A model generated the notes under the pieces. That model was not told the origin of the DNA. It ran no database searches and saw nothing but the letters and a program-made list of their open reading frames with translations. 64,000 nt of DNA from Oopsacas minuta. Taxonomy: Eukaryota; Animalia; Porifera. Of the stretch, positions 11,842-25,028 are shown piece by piece. Every line of letters starts with the position of its first letter. Positions within the stretch are counted from its first letter, which is position 1. The position numbers and the translations under genes are program-made. The stretch covers positions 248,001 through 312,000 of the forward strand of contig JAKMXF010000311.1 in the NCBI GenBank assembly GCA_024704765.1, given 5' to 3'.

Positions 11842-12355
11842 CTTTTCTATTCAGTATACTTTCCATTCGGAGATAGCACCCAGATAAAGTGCATTACTGT
11901 CTAGTGGAGTGATTAAATGCAGCTAACTGCCCACAGGCTGACTGAAAAACCATAAATGATATCCAAATAAGGAAACTTTGGAAGTTTATAGAGATCAATT
12001 CGAATTGATTAAATAAAGGCTTCTGTATACGGGAAAGTTTTCAATGGACATATTATCACAAATAGTTCAATAAATTTTTAAAGAATAATAATGATCTTGC
12101 ATAAATCGAAAATTTTAATCTTTCGAGCATGCATATAAGTGGTAAGATTCGCATTTGGAGAATATTGATCATATTCCCGGAATTAGGAAATTGTCAAGGC
12201 CCAATTCTGTAGTACTTGAAACTGTCTACAAAATCCAGTGATTTCTGCTCAATTAGACAATTTTTCTTGTCCAATTGAGCAGAGAAACAAATCTTTAATC
12301 AAAGCTCATAGGGCACATATATTAACATTGTAATACTTCCAAACTACCATTGGCC

Positions 12356-12421
12356 CAGGGGCGTAACTAGAGTCAAGCTATAGGGTGCCAAACCCCTAGC
12401 CCCTTCCCAGTTACGCCCCTG
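12356..12421. mobile_element. 66-bp MITE with perfect 13-bp TIR CAGGGGCGTAACT
   Basis: caggggcgtaact ... agttacgcccctg read directly. Confidence 0.75.
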
Positions 12422-13548
12422 ATAGACCCATGTTTTAGAACTGTAAATTCAGTCAACTGCGATGAAAAAATAGTTTAGCCTCATATTTTGGTAAATGGTA
12501 TCAAGAATTTCCAATAAATCGTCTTCACGATTCTAATGCGTTGGTGCCAATAGCTTCGGCGCTTTAACAGAAAGGAACTCATAATGGTCTTCTCATCAAT
12601 TCCATTAGAACGATAACTAATAGTCAAGGTATCTTTCTCAATTTGTAAATATTATAAGAATTTACTCTTATCATCTCTAGTTTCCTTTGTTTTGCATAGT
12701 TTTCAATGGCTTATCTTTAGTAATTTATAATATGTCTTATGTATCAACTGAGAGATTGTAATTTTATTAATACTAATTACTTATCATATTCAAGGTATGT
12801 TTCTCAGATAATTGCACAAAGAAAATCGCAATTCCTTACATGGAAGTTGGCTTACCATATGTGGCAATAATATATAAATATACTCGTTACTACTCACTAG
12901 GAATATTACAAATGTTCAAAAACTGAGAACATATGTCTGATATGTTCCAATGTCCTGTTGCTAGACTCAATGTGTTGTTTAGAATTTTAAATACTCACAC
13001 ATAGTGTGTAAGATTTCGCGAATATCTTTGTTGTCTATATGAATGAACAAATTGAACAAAAGATATCTCAAGCAATTCTCCATCTGTTTGGGACCTAAAT
13101 GGTCTTCCGAAAGTATGATGTCACTAATTAGATATTGTTTGTGAATTAATAGTGTAAAATGCCATTTTACAGCCTTAAAGTGTATTTTGAAAGAATCGTC
13201 ACATTGAAATGATTTCGCTCAGAATTAGTAATGTTCATTTAGTTGAGCGAAACCCTCAGTTTAAATTCCTCATCTTTTCGTTACTCTCCCATCTGTTCAA
13301 GGTATTTAATTATATCTGCTAAAGTAACAAGTAAACATCTGATGAGTGCTTCTATTGGAAACTCACTAAAATGTAAATATTATTAGCAAGTCGTTTGAAA
13401 CTATTATAAACATTTTAGTGGATTCTAATAGGAAAATGAAATATTGGTTGTTTGTACGAAATGTAATAATAAACCGTGTAGTATACCCTCTATTATCCGA
13501 ACATCTTCGTCTTTGAATTTCTAGTATGGTGTTCGGATAAGTGAAATG

Positions 13549-13604
13549 ATGACATATGAAAAATTGATGACATATGAAAAATTGGTGACATATGAAAAAT
13601 TGGA
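13549..13604. repeat. Tandem repeat, 18-bp unit (gacatatgaaaaattgat/ggt) x3
   Basis: Read directly. Confidence 0.9.
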
Positions 13605-14646
13605 TTTTAGTAATTTAGTATATTTTTAAAATAGTATAAGAGTAGTCAGAAGCTTCAAAAATATTGTTATAATTTTGGGAAATTTAATTCGAGTATTCGC
13701 TCAAAATCTAATTAATAATATTAATAATATAATAAATTAGCCCTCTTCACGTAGAATCACACTATACAAACATACGCTAGTATTTCGTAGGCGTTACTCA
13801 TATATTATTCCATATGTGTCTATTTAATTAACTTGTTGGAACAATTCATCAGCCAAATTAATGCCTAAAGCATAAGCTTGGTTGGGTTATAAACAAGAAT
13901 ATTATTTACAAGTAAAAGCCCATAATTGACGAATATATTAAATTTGCAGGTGCTTAAAAATGGGCAATAAGTTCAGCCCATTAATAAATCAAAAATAATT
14001 AAATTCGACTGGAAGATATTGCGTACACAATGAATTAAAGGTCACAATTTTTTGACGCTATATAATTACTAAACTCTTTGTCTAATTAAAAAACCATTAT
14101 AATAATGGTATTTAAAGTTTGTTTACGTCTTACGTAAATAGAAATAATATCTAGAAAACTTAAAACAACAAATTTAGTGCTTTCTATAAGGATGGGCATA
14201 CAGCTATTAAATTTAATAATCAGTTAGTTCACCTCCAAGATGCAGATGGTCGATAGCACATACATCTGTCGTATTAAGTCTCACACAGATAATAGAATGC
14301 CGTTATTAGGACATAGTAGATAATTGAAGAATGATAAATTGCCAACGTGATTAACTTGTATGACTATTAAACGAGAAATACCAAAGATTCAAAGAAAATA
14401 CTAAGTTGAATGACAAGGCATAAATGTTAATTGGTAAGTGGGAAGAAATAATTAACTTTTAAGCTGTATAGGATAATAATAATTTGGGCAATTTCTAGGC
14501 TTGTATTCTGAATTAGATTCGGTATTTATGGTTTGCTTGGGGCGTATTCGCAAAATAGCATACGTTACAGTAGGAATTCTAAAATAACTGAGAATGTATC
14601 TTAAAAACTTTTCAATTAAAAATTAGAGACGAATTATGTTTTTTAC

Positions 14647-14779
14647 CAAAGGTTCCAAACCTTGGGTCCATGGACTGGTCCACAGACGACAGCAGGGGTC
14701 CACAGAATCTCAAAATTTGTATTACAGTCTATGGGAGCGGGTAACAGAATGTGTTGGGTTAAAAGGTTGGGCGCCGTTG
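14647..14779. mobile_element. Family D hAT-like MITE, full copy
   Basis: caaaggttccaaacc...ggttgggcgccgttg. 8-bp flanks ttttttac/tattatac (6/8 match). Confidence 0.75.
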
Positions 14780-16523
14780 TATTATACAAATTTGTTGAAC
14801 GGTTGAAAAAATTGATTTTTGCATGGAGACGTATACGCGTGTTAACTATATAACTCGGGCTAGTTCTACACGGGAAAAGAGAAATTCTAAACCAAACAAA
14901 CTCATTTAAGTTACTATAACATATGGCAAATTTAATTATGCAGTTAAAACATATGTGAATGGAAATCCAAATTTGTATAAAGACAGTTGGGACCTGGAAA
15001 CAGGAATTGAATTAGCGCCAGTTAGTAACTACTGAATGATATCTAATTATAATAGAAATAATGTATTTTCTCCATCTGTACAGAATACAATTTGAATTTG
15101 TAATTATAGTGATAAGGAATTCACTCATACAATTAACATGAATTAAAATAGAATCACTGTAGTTTCCTAAAAGACAAATTAGGAATAATGTATTTTTCCA
15201 TCTGCCTATGAGAATGTTAATTCCATTATAGATATTGGCTGTTAAAATGAACAAAGACTTCGAAATCTAACCGATAATCTATTTTAACTAATAAAATAAT
15301 TAAATAAGCAGGTGTAACAAATGGTATTTAGACTCAATATCTATTTCAATGAGTTCTAAGACTAAGTGTATGACATTAAACACTTGATGGAAAGAATCAT
15401 CACTACTAATAGTAACCTATTCAAATGATTTGGTTTGATAGGTTTCAAATCTAGCAACAAAAATGCATGTAGAGCAAGATTTGAAGAGAATAGGAAATTA
15501 AAATACTAATCGAATAATCCAGATGGGAATTTCAAAAAGTTGATCGAATGCCTTATGGTAGTGATATTAAATGAACGTATATGAAAGCGCAATCAAAATG
15601 CTTTAGATTTTCTTCTGTCAAAGACAGTATCAATAGCAATGTAAGTTCTAATAGATGCAATGATAGAATATTTCAGGGTCCTTAAGCGTATTAATTCTGA
15701 TAAATACAGTTAGGAGCTAAATTCTCGGACCATAACACTATTTCTAGTTCTCATAAATGTTATGTTTTCACGAACCTGTAAAACATCCTGACTCATAAAC
15801 TTATTGAAGTGAATGCACTTGTTGATCTTCAACAACTGAAAACACATAGAAACAGCCCTAAAAGGCGAGGGCTGGATTGTTAAAGAATATAAAGTGTAAT
15901 TGTTAAAATTTAAATAATACAAGGTTTCAACAACAATTAAGACGATCGCAAATATTCAACTCGAAAAGAATTTTACAAAATATGAAATGGCTAAATACCC
16001 TACAAACATCATGTAAACAGTAATGAATGGCAATTATTTAAACCTTAAGGCCAATTTTAAGGCAATACTTTCAGGATTCATCTCTGAAAAAGCTATCAGA
16101 AACCAAAAAATAATTATACACCAGTTCGTTGACAAGAACTATTTAAGTAAATAGAGTTCGTATTAGATTGTTACATTCTATACAATCCAAATACAGGTTA
16201 ACTTGATCAAAGTAGTGGTTTGTACTGATAGCAGAAGTTTGAAAGTAATTGTAATATAATGTTGATGGGGATAATGTGTATAACAAAGAATTAAGCGAAT
16301 TTAAGTACTTTATTGTTAGTTGTGAAGTAGTGTAATAGTTCTGAGACATATGTGATGTTTATTGAATTGTTGCGTCAGGATCGAACAGCTGTTTTATCAT
16401 ACTATCTCAGCCCTAATTTGTTCAAAATAATGCTAGCAATAAAAAATCGAAATTCTTTCAAAATATTTTCCAAAAACACTGAAACGTTGTTTATACAAAT
16501 TTCGCAAAAAGGAAGCGAATATA

Positions 16524-16673
16524 CAGTCAACTCCTGTTATACCTAACATGGATATTTCGAAATACCCGCTTATATCGATATCTGAAATTGTACAGAAATG
16601 GTCCCAAACTGTCAATATCATCTATCGGTTATATCAAACTTATGTTGAGCTTCGATATAACGAGAGTTGACTT
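16524..16673. mobile_element. pogo/Tigger-like MITE (family A, TIR CAGTCAACTCCCGTTATATCGAA)
   Basis: ta|cagtcaactcctgttatacc...ttcgatataacgagagttgact. At least 15 further copies or fragments, at about 9865, 18814, 19994, 27476, 30469, 32631, 37150, 38602, 40030, 41233, 44491, 48515, 56742, 57795, 58257 and 61830. Confidence 0.8.
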
Positions 16674-16781
16674 TGCGAACACGATATGTATTTTTACAAG
16701 TAACAATCGTTTACATTTATACCTGCTGCTAATTGTTCCATCAAATATATATACAAACTACAATAACAATCTCTATATGAA

Positions 16782-19700
16782 CTACAGGTTCCATGAAGAT
16801 ATCTCCTCGCTAGTAGCCTCTGTGTAGAAAGAACGGTTTATTGTATCTATCATAAGCTGTCCGCAATACACACAATCATTAGCTAATATATCTTCAATAC
16901 TTTCCTGTATCTGGTCAGCTTCAATGAGAAATTTCTCTGTGTTTTGCTGTGAAGTACTAGGAGTGCTCATTTCAAGTCCACGCATACCTTGTTTCCTATC
17001 GAGTAATGCTTGTAATTCCTGTCTTTTGTGTTCAGATGCACCGTTTAGATATTCATCTTGTAGACAATGCATATGAAACACATGTTGACAAGGGAATAGG
17101 AAAAATGAAGATGATAGAATTGGATATGAACATTTATCACACCTTCTTGATGATGTAATTATACCACATCTGTTACGAACTTCTACAATATCTTGTCTTA
17201 TGTTACGAGCACTATCTTGTGCTTCAGTCATTTCTTCCTTTAGATCATGAATCTCTTTATTATACGTTTCTAAAGTACGACAAATGACGTCACGAAAATG
17301 ATCTATCGTCTGAAAATCAGGGAAAAATGGTAAAATATCTTCGATTTTTAGAAGTTCACCAAAATCGAGACTTTGCATTGTTTCCGCTACGTCTTGAGTT
17401 TTCTGTAACATTTGCCATGCTATTTTTAACCATAATTTTTTCCGCAAATCTTTATCATTTTCCGGTCGATTTGCAGCCATTTTCGCCAACTCGATATCAA
17501 CGTCCAATGCCAGTTCAACAGCTTCATGGTAAAGCTCCAGGATAATATAGATTATTACGCAAGATCTGGACATTTTATGCTCAGTGCATAAACGTAGTGC
17601 ATATTCTGGGTCGTAATTTATTGTCATTCTATTCCAATCTTGTTCTAAGTATGAAATGAGTTTATCTTGCTTACGAAGTTTACAGTAGAGAGAGATTAGG
17701 AAATTGTGTATTGAAGTTGATCTATTATTCATACTATTCACTACGAATTCTAAATATTCTAGAACATGCTCGCTCTGTTCAGCTTGCCAATATTGAGAGC
17801 ATTGTACTAACGCTGGGATTAACTTTTTTGGGTTTAATAACTGTCCACTTTCCTTGAGTGCAACTACCGTCTCTTCGGGATTGTGTTTCATTAACACTGG
17901 AATGAATTTATAGTATAAATCTTTATTACGTTGTTCCCGTAGCATTAGTAATGCTGATTGGTATTGGTTTTGTGATAGATGGTGGTTAATTACACGTTCA
18001 TAATCTTGCATTAATGTTGCGAAATATAACAGGTTTGTTGTGTCCCCGTGACCTAAAGTTAGAGAATTAATGTAAACTGTCAGATTACGACCTATGCGCA
18101 TCGATTGTAACGAATTGGAAACATTTTTTTCCAATTTCTACATTTTTACACTTGTTCAATATTCAAAATTCCAAAATATTTTCGCCCATATATTTGATTG
18201 TAATTTGTAGTACAGTAATCTGTCATAGTTTCTAAGTCAAGTGATATGACAGGGGTTCCCAACCTGGGTCCCATGTACCCTTGGTGGGTCACAAATGGCA
18301 GCAGGGGATCCACATGATCTCAAAAATTGTATTAAAGTCTAGGGAGGTTAGTGCACAGAGTGTGTTAAAAATTAATATAAGAGATTAAAACTGACATATA
18401 GGGTTAGAGAATGCAATTGTAGTTATTTATCATGACCGTTGACCTACTTTGAATCTACTACTGACTGTACATTTACAACATACCAAGCAACAGCTCATAA
18501 GCCGTATTTCTATTCACATCTAAACTCTGTCTAACAATATCCATCTCAAGAAGTGATTGGAATTCCCTAGTAGCTGATTTGAGCAATTCTTCCTTCTCTG
18601 CCTTGTCTAGTATTGTAGTTGAGGGACTCGATAATTGATCTCTGAGGATTGATATCTGATTCAGCATTAATTCAAGTAACCAACAACTGAGTAGTGTAAC
18701 TTGTGTTTGGTTTTCAGGTCCAAGTTGCTGTAGTCTGCGTAGTAGGAATATTTTTAGAGCATGTTGATCATCTGCTTGGATAAACTTTAGTGCAACCTAG
18801 AATTATATTATTACAGTCAAACAGTCAAAGTAACATATATTCATCGATTATATTGAAGTAATTATCACGGTCCCTTGAGCTTTGCTATAACGGGATTGAC
18901 TGTAATATAAAGTGAATGTAATCATGTATAATACCTCTTCAAAAGAAATTGATGTTTGAGCATAACATTCAGCAGCTTCATCGAACTTAGATTTTTTGAA
19001 ATAACTCTCTGCTTGTGCTCTGTTTACTCGATCCATTTGATAGGTATTCCTCTAAAATAACAACAAATAATAATTAGGACAACAATATTTTCAATAGATT
19101 CTTACCCTGCAATATTTCTTGGCTGTATCATAATCTCCTTTCTCAAGATAACATCTCCAAACATCTCTGATTTCATTCTGAATGACGTAACGATTGAAGT
19201 TCTTTTCACTATACAGCCACATGTCACCAGTCATTGGATCACGACACATACCTAAAGTAAGATAACAAAGTACAAACGAGGGTGCTAGGAGGCTGAAAAA
19301 TGCTACTCTGTTTCCTGTTTGTGGAGAATTATTTGTATGAGACTAGAAATTCGTATTTTTCACCTCTGGAAACGGTTCTCATATTTTCCTGTATATCTTA
19401 TGCCGGTTATAAGAACATATTTACTACTGCCAAGGAGGTCTTATAACCGGCATCCGCTGTATAGCATTTAATCCGGATACCCCCTAAACTGCTTGCAATG
19501 CTCATCTCACTGCTCCCCCTCTTTGAACAACTTGGATCCGCCATTGACAGCGCCCACTCAGCCTTAACATTATTTTCCTTTCCCTTATGAATTTCTTAGT
19601 AGGAAATAAATCAGTAATACAGCAATACAGCAGGATTCTAGATATTCATGTAAATGTATGTGATCCCTAATTATTTCCGATAAATAAACATTGGAATGGA

Positions 19701-21694
19701 ATACGTTTCGCATTTCAGAAGTTTCATAACATTCCGTTAAGATTAAATATGATAGATAGAAACCTTTTAGAAATACAGATCTGTTAGAGACATAATCTTG
19801 AAATACAATCTGTAAATTTAGGAGAGAAACAGCTTCGAAACGGTCTTTGAATGCTAGAATGCAATGGAATTCTGTCATACAAATGTAGAGAGGATAAGAA
19901 TCTGGATTCTGTCGATTAACCTGAGATATTGGAGAGAAAACGTAAAATATATCTTTAACAGATTTCAGGTATTGAATGCGTAGATTTCTAATACAACCAA
20001 CACTTGTTACATCGAAAACGGATATATCTAAATCTGAATTTGTGCACTAATTTGGATTGTTAAAGTAAGTCTCATCGGTTATATCAAAGTTATGCTGGTT
20101 CATTGCGCTTCTATATAATGGGAGTTAACTGTATATTAACACTGTCGTTGAAATGACAATAGCAGAGGTTCTCAACCGGTAGTTAAGCTACTCATATTGT
20201 GACGTGTTGCTTCCTTGTTTACCTATTAGCATATAACTACGTCATACAAATTAATTATAATACAAATATTACTTACCTGTTTAAGCTGTATTAGCTCACA
20301 GTCAACAGTAACACTCTTAGTATCACGATTAGTGAAGTCTAAACTCCCGAAATATACGCCAGCTCCTGTTAACCAAGAGAATTTGCTAGGAACATCTTGA
20401 GCATACGGTGACCATGTACAGAAGTTTGAATAGGACAAGTTACCGGGTATCTCGTGGAAAGCTGGTGAACGGTTTACGAATAGACCGGCATATACCGGTG
20501 AGTCATTTAATAGATCTCCGATGAATTGGAATATACGGTTTGGAGTTGTTACTATTGCAATAAATCTGCGTTTATCATTTTCAAATGGTTGAAGCAATAA
20601 TCCTATAGATAGATAATCAATTCATATTTGCTCACTAAGTTTCAAATGCAATACAGTAGTGACGAAGTGCATTTTCGAGGAATCACGATACATTATTGCA
20701 TGCTTGTCGTGGGTCAAACTTTTGACAATAGGCTAATGGATTGCAACAACTTGCTAATGGCTAAATTAGCTTTTAAGAAACCTCATACATTATAACAGTC
20801 GCTAATACAACATGTTGTTGTATAGCCTGATTTTCTACACCAAATATGTAACGAGAAAACAAAGTTTGGTAGTCAAATATCGGATATGAAAAATATCGCA
20901 AAAATACCGATATTTTCAACATTTGTATTTCCGATGTTTCGTATCGATATTTGACAAAACTTGCAGAAAAATAATTACGCACCAGTAACTTTTTCACTTT
21001 TCTCTAGATCAACAACATGAAGTTCTTTCACATATTTTTCCAATGCACCACCCGCAATCTGTTTCTTAAGTGCTTTCATAAGTTCTTCATTTTGTGGTTC
21101 AATCTCTGTCTCCAATAGAATCCCCTTATTTGTTCCAAGTACTATTGGATATGTAGTTTGTTCCGTAGGTTCACGTCCCGGGCACCAAGCTACACTCTCA
21201 ATGCATACCTGACGAAGTTTACTCAAATGTTTAAGTTTTTTACTTCCTTTCCCACCCTCGAGGTAATAATTCTCACCAGAGGTGGTTGATATTATCACGT
21301 GTTGGCCGGTTGGATCTTGGAAAATTTTCGACACTTTATCGTCTGGTGATGCGGTTTTTTTCGGTAGTTCAGCGGGTGTATTTGTCTTTTTCCGTAAATC
21401 ATATTGCCAAATTTGATGGCCTTGTACATACACAACCTTTTCATCACTTACAGTAACATGACTAATTTGCTCCTCGAGTTTTGTAACATTAAAAGTTTTA
21501 ACTTTTTTAAATATGGGTTGTTGTTCATCAATATTTCCTACGTCACTACCGCGGCCGTAATTCGTGCCTGAAAGATCTTGAGAACGGCGAAACGGGTCGC
21601 TATACCCTGGTCCCCCATATCCACCTCTCCTCCCTGGACCTTGGTACACTTGTGATTGCTGAAATTGATCAAATAGTCCAAATTCCTGAGACAT
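16782..21694 (-). CDS. VPS18: Vacuolar protein sorting 18 (HOPS/CORVET subunit), multi-exon
   Basis: N-terminal beta-propeller (IFQDPTGQHVIIS, IESVAW, IVLGTNKGILLE), Pep3 segment (HCILAFKDRFEAVSLLN), clathrin-like repeat, and C-terminal RING-H2 (CDKC...FPCQHVFHMHC...CVYCG). Likely start MSQEF at 21694. Confidence 0.93.
19400..19459. mobile_element. Small TIR element (family F) with perfect 15-bp inverted repeat atgccggttataaga
   Basis: atgccggttataaga...tcttataaccggcat(ccgctg|ta). A related left end, cagtggatcccggttataaga, lies near 49698. Confidence 0.7.
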
Positions 21695-24600
21695 CTTATA
21701 ATCACTAGGATGAGTTGACCCTACTGACACACACAATCGACTCAATTAAATTAATTAAGTGAACCAATTACGAACAAATGTATGCAATATTAAGTACGCA
21801 TGCGCTGTACACTTGTCCTAGATAAATATTCAATTTCAAATATGTCCTATCAATTAGAATTCATTTTAAACTAACTACTGGCAACAGCCGTCAAGGCAGT
21901 GATCAGATATCAATAAGTATTTACATGTAATTATCAATGTGACTATAAGAAATGCATAAATGAATGTACCTATCATCATAGTGCCTTGAATTAATCATAT
22001 TTAATACATTTAACAGTAATTCTTGTGTTCCTTTGTGAAGATACCATCCACTCTATGCAATGGGATAATGGCATGTCAGAATTGAATTGTCAAGTGATAA
22101 AACATATTTGATCAAGATTGTCGAAACAATGAAGTGTTTGATGCTAATGCTTACAATGAGAAATCTGGCCTAGCTACAGAATTCAATAGCTTAAGATCTC
22201 TTACTTATTAACTAGATATTTGGCCCAGTGGGGATTCACGATAAGCGACCCTGACTGTTTAATGCCCGACGTAAGTTCTATTCGTGTGGCCTCGGCTATA
22301 CAAAAATAATTGACTGGCATATAAGTAATGAGCAAAAATCTCAAAATTAAGAAGAGCAAACACAAAACCCTGATATCAATAGGATGTCTAAGAGGAAATG
22401 TATGATTCGTTACAATGAGTGCATTTATCATGAAAGGTAACTCTGGATAAAAATAGATATATTTTATCGACGAATGGAAGTTTTGTAAATGCGAATAATT
22501 TAAGTTTGTACGTCAATCCATCTGTGTTCTATGAATGGTCGTCCAGTATTTTATTGACTTCATATGTATACAAGTTAATTGACAATAATAAAGAAGTCAT
22601 ATAGAAGGAGATTGGAGCAACAAATGATTAAGAAATGTAGTGGCCGTATTATACTACAAATCTGGGAAAGGAAATTTTAAAGATACTGTATGTTTGGTTT
22701 ATGTTAAGCTGACTAACAAAACTTAAACAATTGTAGATACTGATTCATATGAACCTAAATTGTGATAAAAACGAGGTCGAATGAGCAAGTCTAATATATG
22801 CAAACCTATGGAATTCATGTTCGTGATGCAGGTGGAAATTAATGCTACTGCTTTTTGCTAAAATGAGAACTTCGGGATTCCAACGATATTTCAAACTTCC
22901 CAACCCTCCTGGGATCCCCAGATTACCTCGGGATTTACAAGAAATTCAGTGAAGGATTTGAGAATCTAATTCGTTTCCATCCGATAAAAAATAGGTAAAT
23001 TTAACTATCCTCTAGAAACTAATCCTAATACTACCACAACACAGGTGTATTAGCTGATAATACAATAGCTAATTAACTGACTGCCTAAATATAGGGAATT
23101 GATTTATTAGGCAATAATATCACTCAATTAGTGAAATTAAAATCGAGTAGCAGTATTATATGACCTTTAGTTCAAGCATCTCCGCCTTATCAAGTGCACT
23201 TATGTATATTTCAAAGGATATAACGGATTATGCATTTAGTAAAGTTACATATACTCTTTGAATATCCACCAATATGCAAGTTAACGCCTATAACAAAGCT
23301 AAGCTGCATTGATCTTTAATTAAAACACAGATCGCATAGAAATTAAACAAGTCCATCCTTGCACAATAGTGTTCATGTTTTTGGGTGTTAGGAATATTAT
23401 ACATAAAGTCTATTGGTGTTTCTTAACTTGAACTCCAATGTAATTATTAAATAGACTAAGCATATTGATTTCAAAGGAAAATCATTATTGGATGGATAGT
23501 TTTAACTCAAATAGGATGAGTCAAACACAATAGACTTGATGTCAACATTATGCCCATAATATGCGTAACTTAAATAAAAGTAGTGAATATTTATTGTGTG
23601 TAGAATTATGTGTCAATATAGAATTATTAAATTTTATCATAATAGAAGATATCATTGTAGTGAATAGTTTAATTACGATTTAATAAAGAATTCACAATCA
23701 AATACTTCTCCCAGACAACGTCATGCTACATTTGGCACTACTTACTTAAATTTGTGCCAAATGTAGTACGTTGTCTGATTAAATTGAGCATGAGGGTATC
23801 ACCAAGCACCATTCTCCCTATGAAATCACAGATAGATAAAATAGATAGACAAAACACTAGATTTCCATTCATAAATAGATTTGGGCAAATACTTGCATAT
23901 GATTGCTATAAACCAATTCGAGATATCCATTATAGCGCCAAATGGTGGATAAAGAATATGTCATCTGATGAAATTATGATAATTTCATCGCATCCAATTG
24001 TATAACATCATAAAGAATTCAATGTTAGACATGTATCTTAATCTCTCTTTGTAAAGTATTATAATTAGCATACAAGAGACGCCCAGTTCACTTGCTTACA
24101 TAGAAAATACTTCCCCACCAGGTGTATTGCTATTCCAACCCAAATACACGTGTATTGGATCATTAAATTTCAAGGCTGGTACTTTGTTATCAAACGTATT
24201 GCCTACTCCAGGAATAAGCAATTTGATAAATACTTGTTGTATTGGTGTGTTAAATATGAAGGATCTTATGTAACAGTCATGACGTAATAGTATTATATAC
24301 ATAATGCTCTACATACATTTCTGATTGTTCGACCTGGAATAGCTTGATAAAGACTTATGATTAAATATTCGTATAGGTAATAAGTAGCCAATTTATTTGT
24401 GCAAAATATTTATGGAAAATGCCCTCAAGTTTTCAGAAAGTATATAAGGCCAATAAGAAATAAGTTCCTATTTTGAAAACTACTAAATTTAGAAAATTAA
24501 GTTGACAAAAAATTTACAAGAATTCGAATTCTACTAACGAATAACTACGTATGTTGATTATCGCTATTTCACGGCAGGTTATTGTAGTTAGACCCAGGGG

Positions 24601-25028
24601 TTTATCTAGGTGCTCTGTATGACCTAAAATCTGCAGACCGTGAGACACAAAGTTGTATAGGATCAATATGTTACCGTCCAAAAAGTGACAACAAAGAGAT
24701 CCTTTGCAAGAAAAGGTGCTGACCCAGGAATTCTCGAATAAACACATTGTTGGAGCCCTCTAATTTTTGGCATAATACACCCTTTAGAAACGATTCAGTT
24801 ATATATATAACAACGCAAAATAGTATGAGCAGCTTAGTATAAAATTCAAACAACACACCTTGTTATTAGTCATTGTGTACACTTTTGTATTAGAACAACA
24901 TAGAACTGTAATGAACACATACAGTTAAAAGTTAAAAACATTCTGTACATGTTAGTACCCTAGTATATGTTACATTCAAACTGTTTGCTTGCAAAAGGAC
25001 CAAATAAATATGAAAAATAAATAATAAA

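Noticed and set aside
12450-13450. Apparent decayed long ORF or transposase on the minus strand
   Set aside because: Stops occur roughly every 15 codons, close to random expectation at this AT content, and there are no DDE or RT motifs.
15050-15225. Duplicated aataatgtatttt(c/t)ccatctg motif translating to IVFCTDGENT (vWA- or hAT-like)
   Set aside because: Only about 10 residues of similarity, surrounded by stops. Not enough to call.
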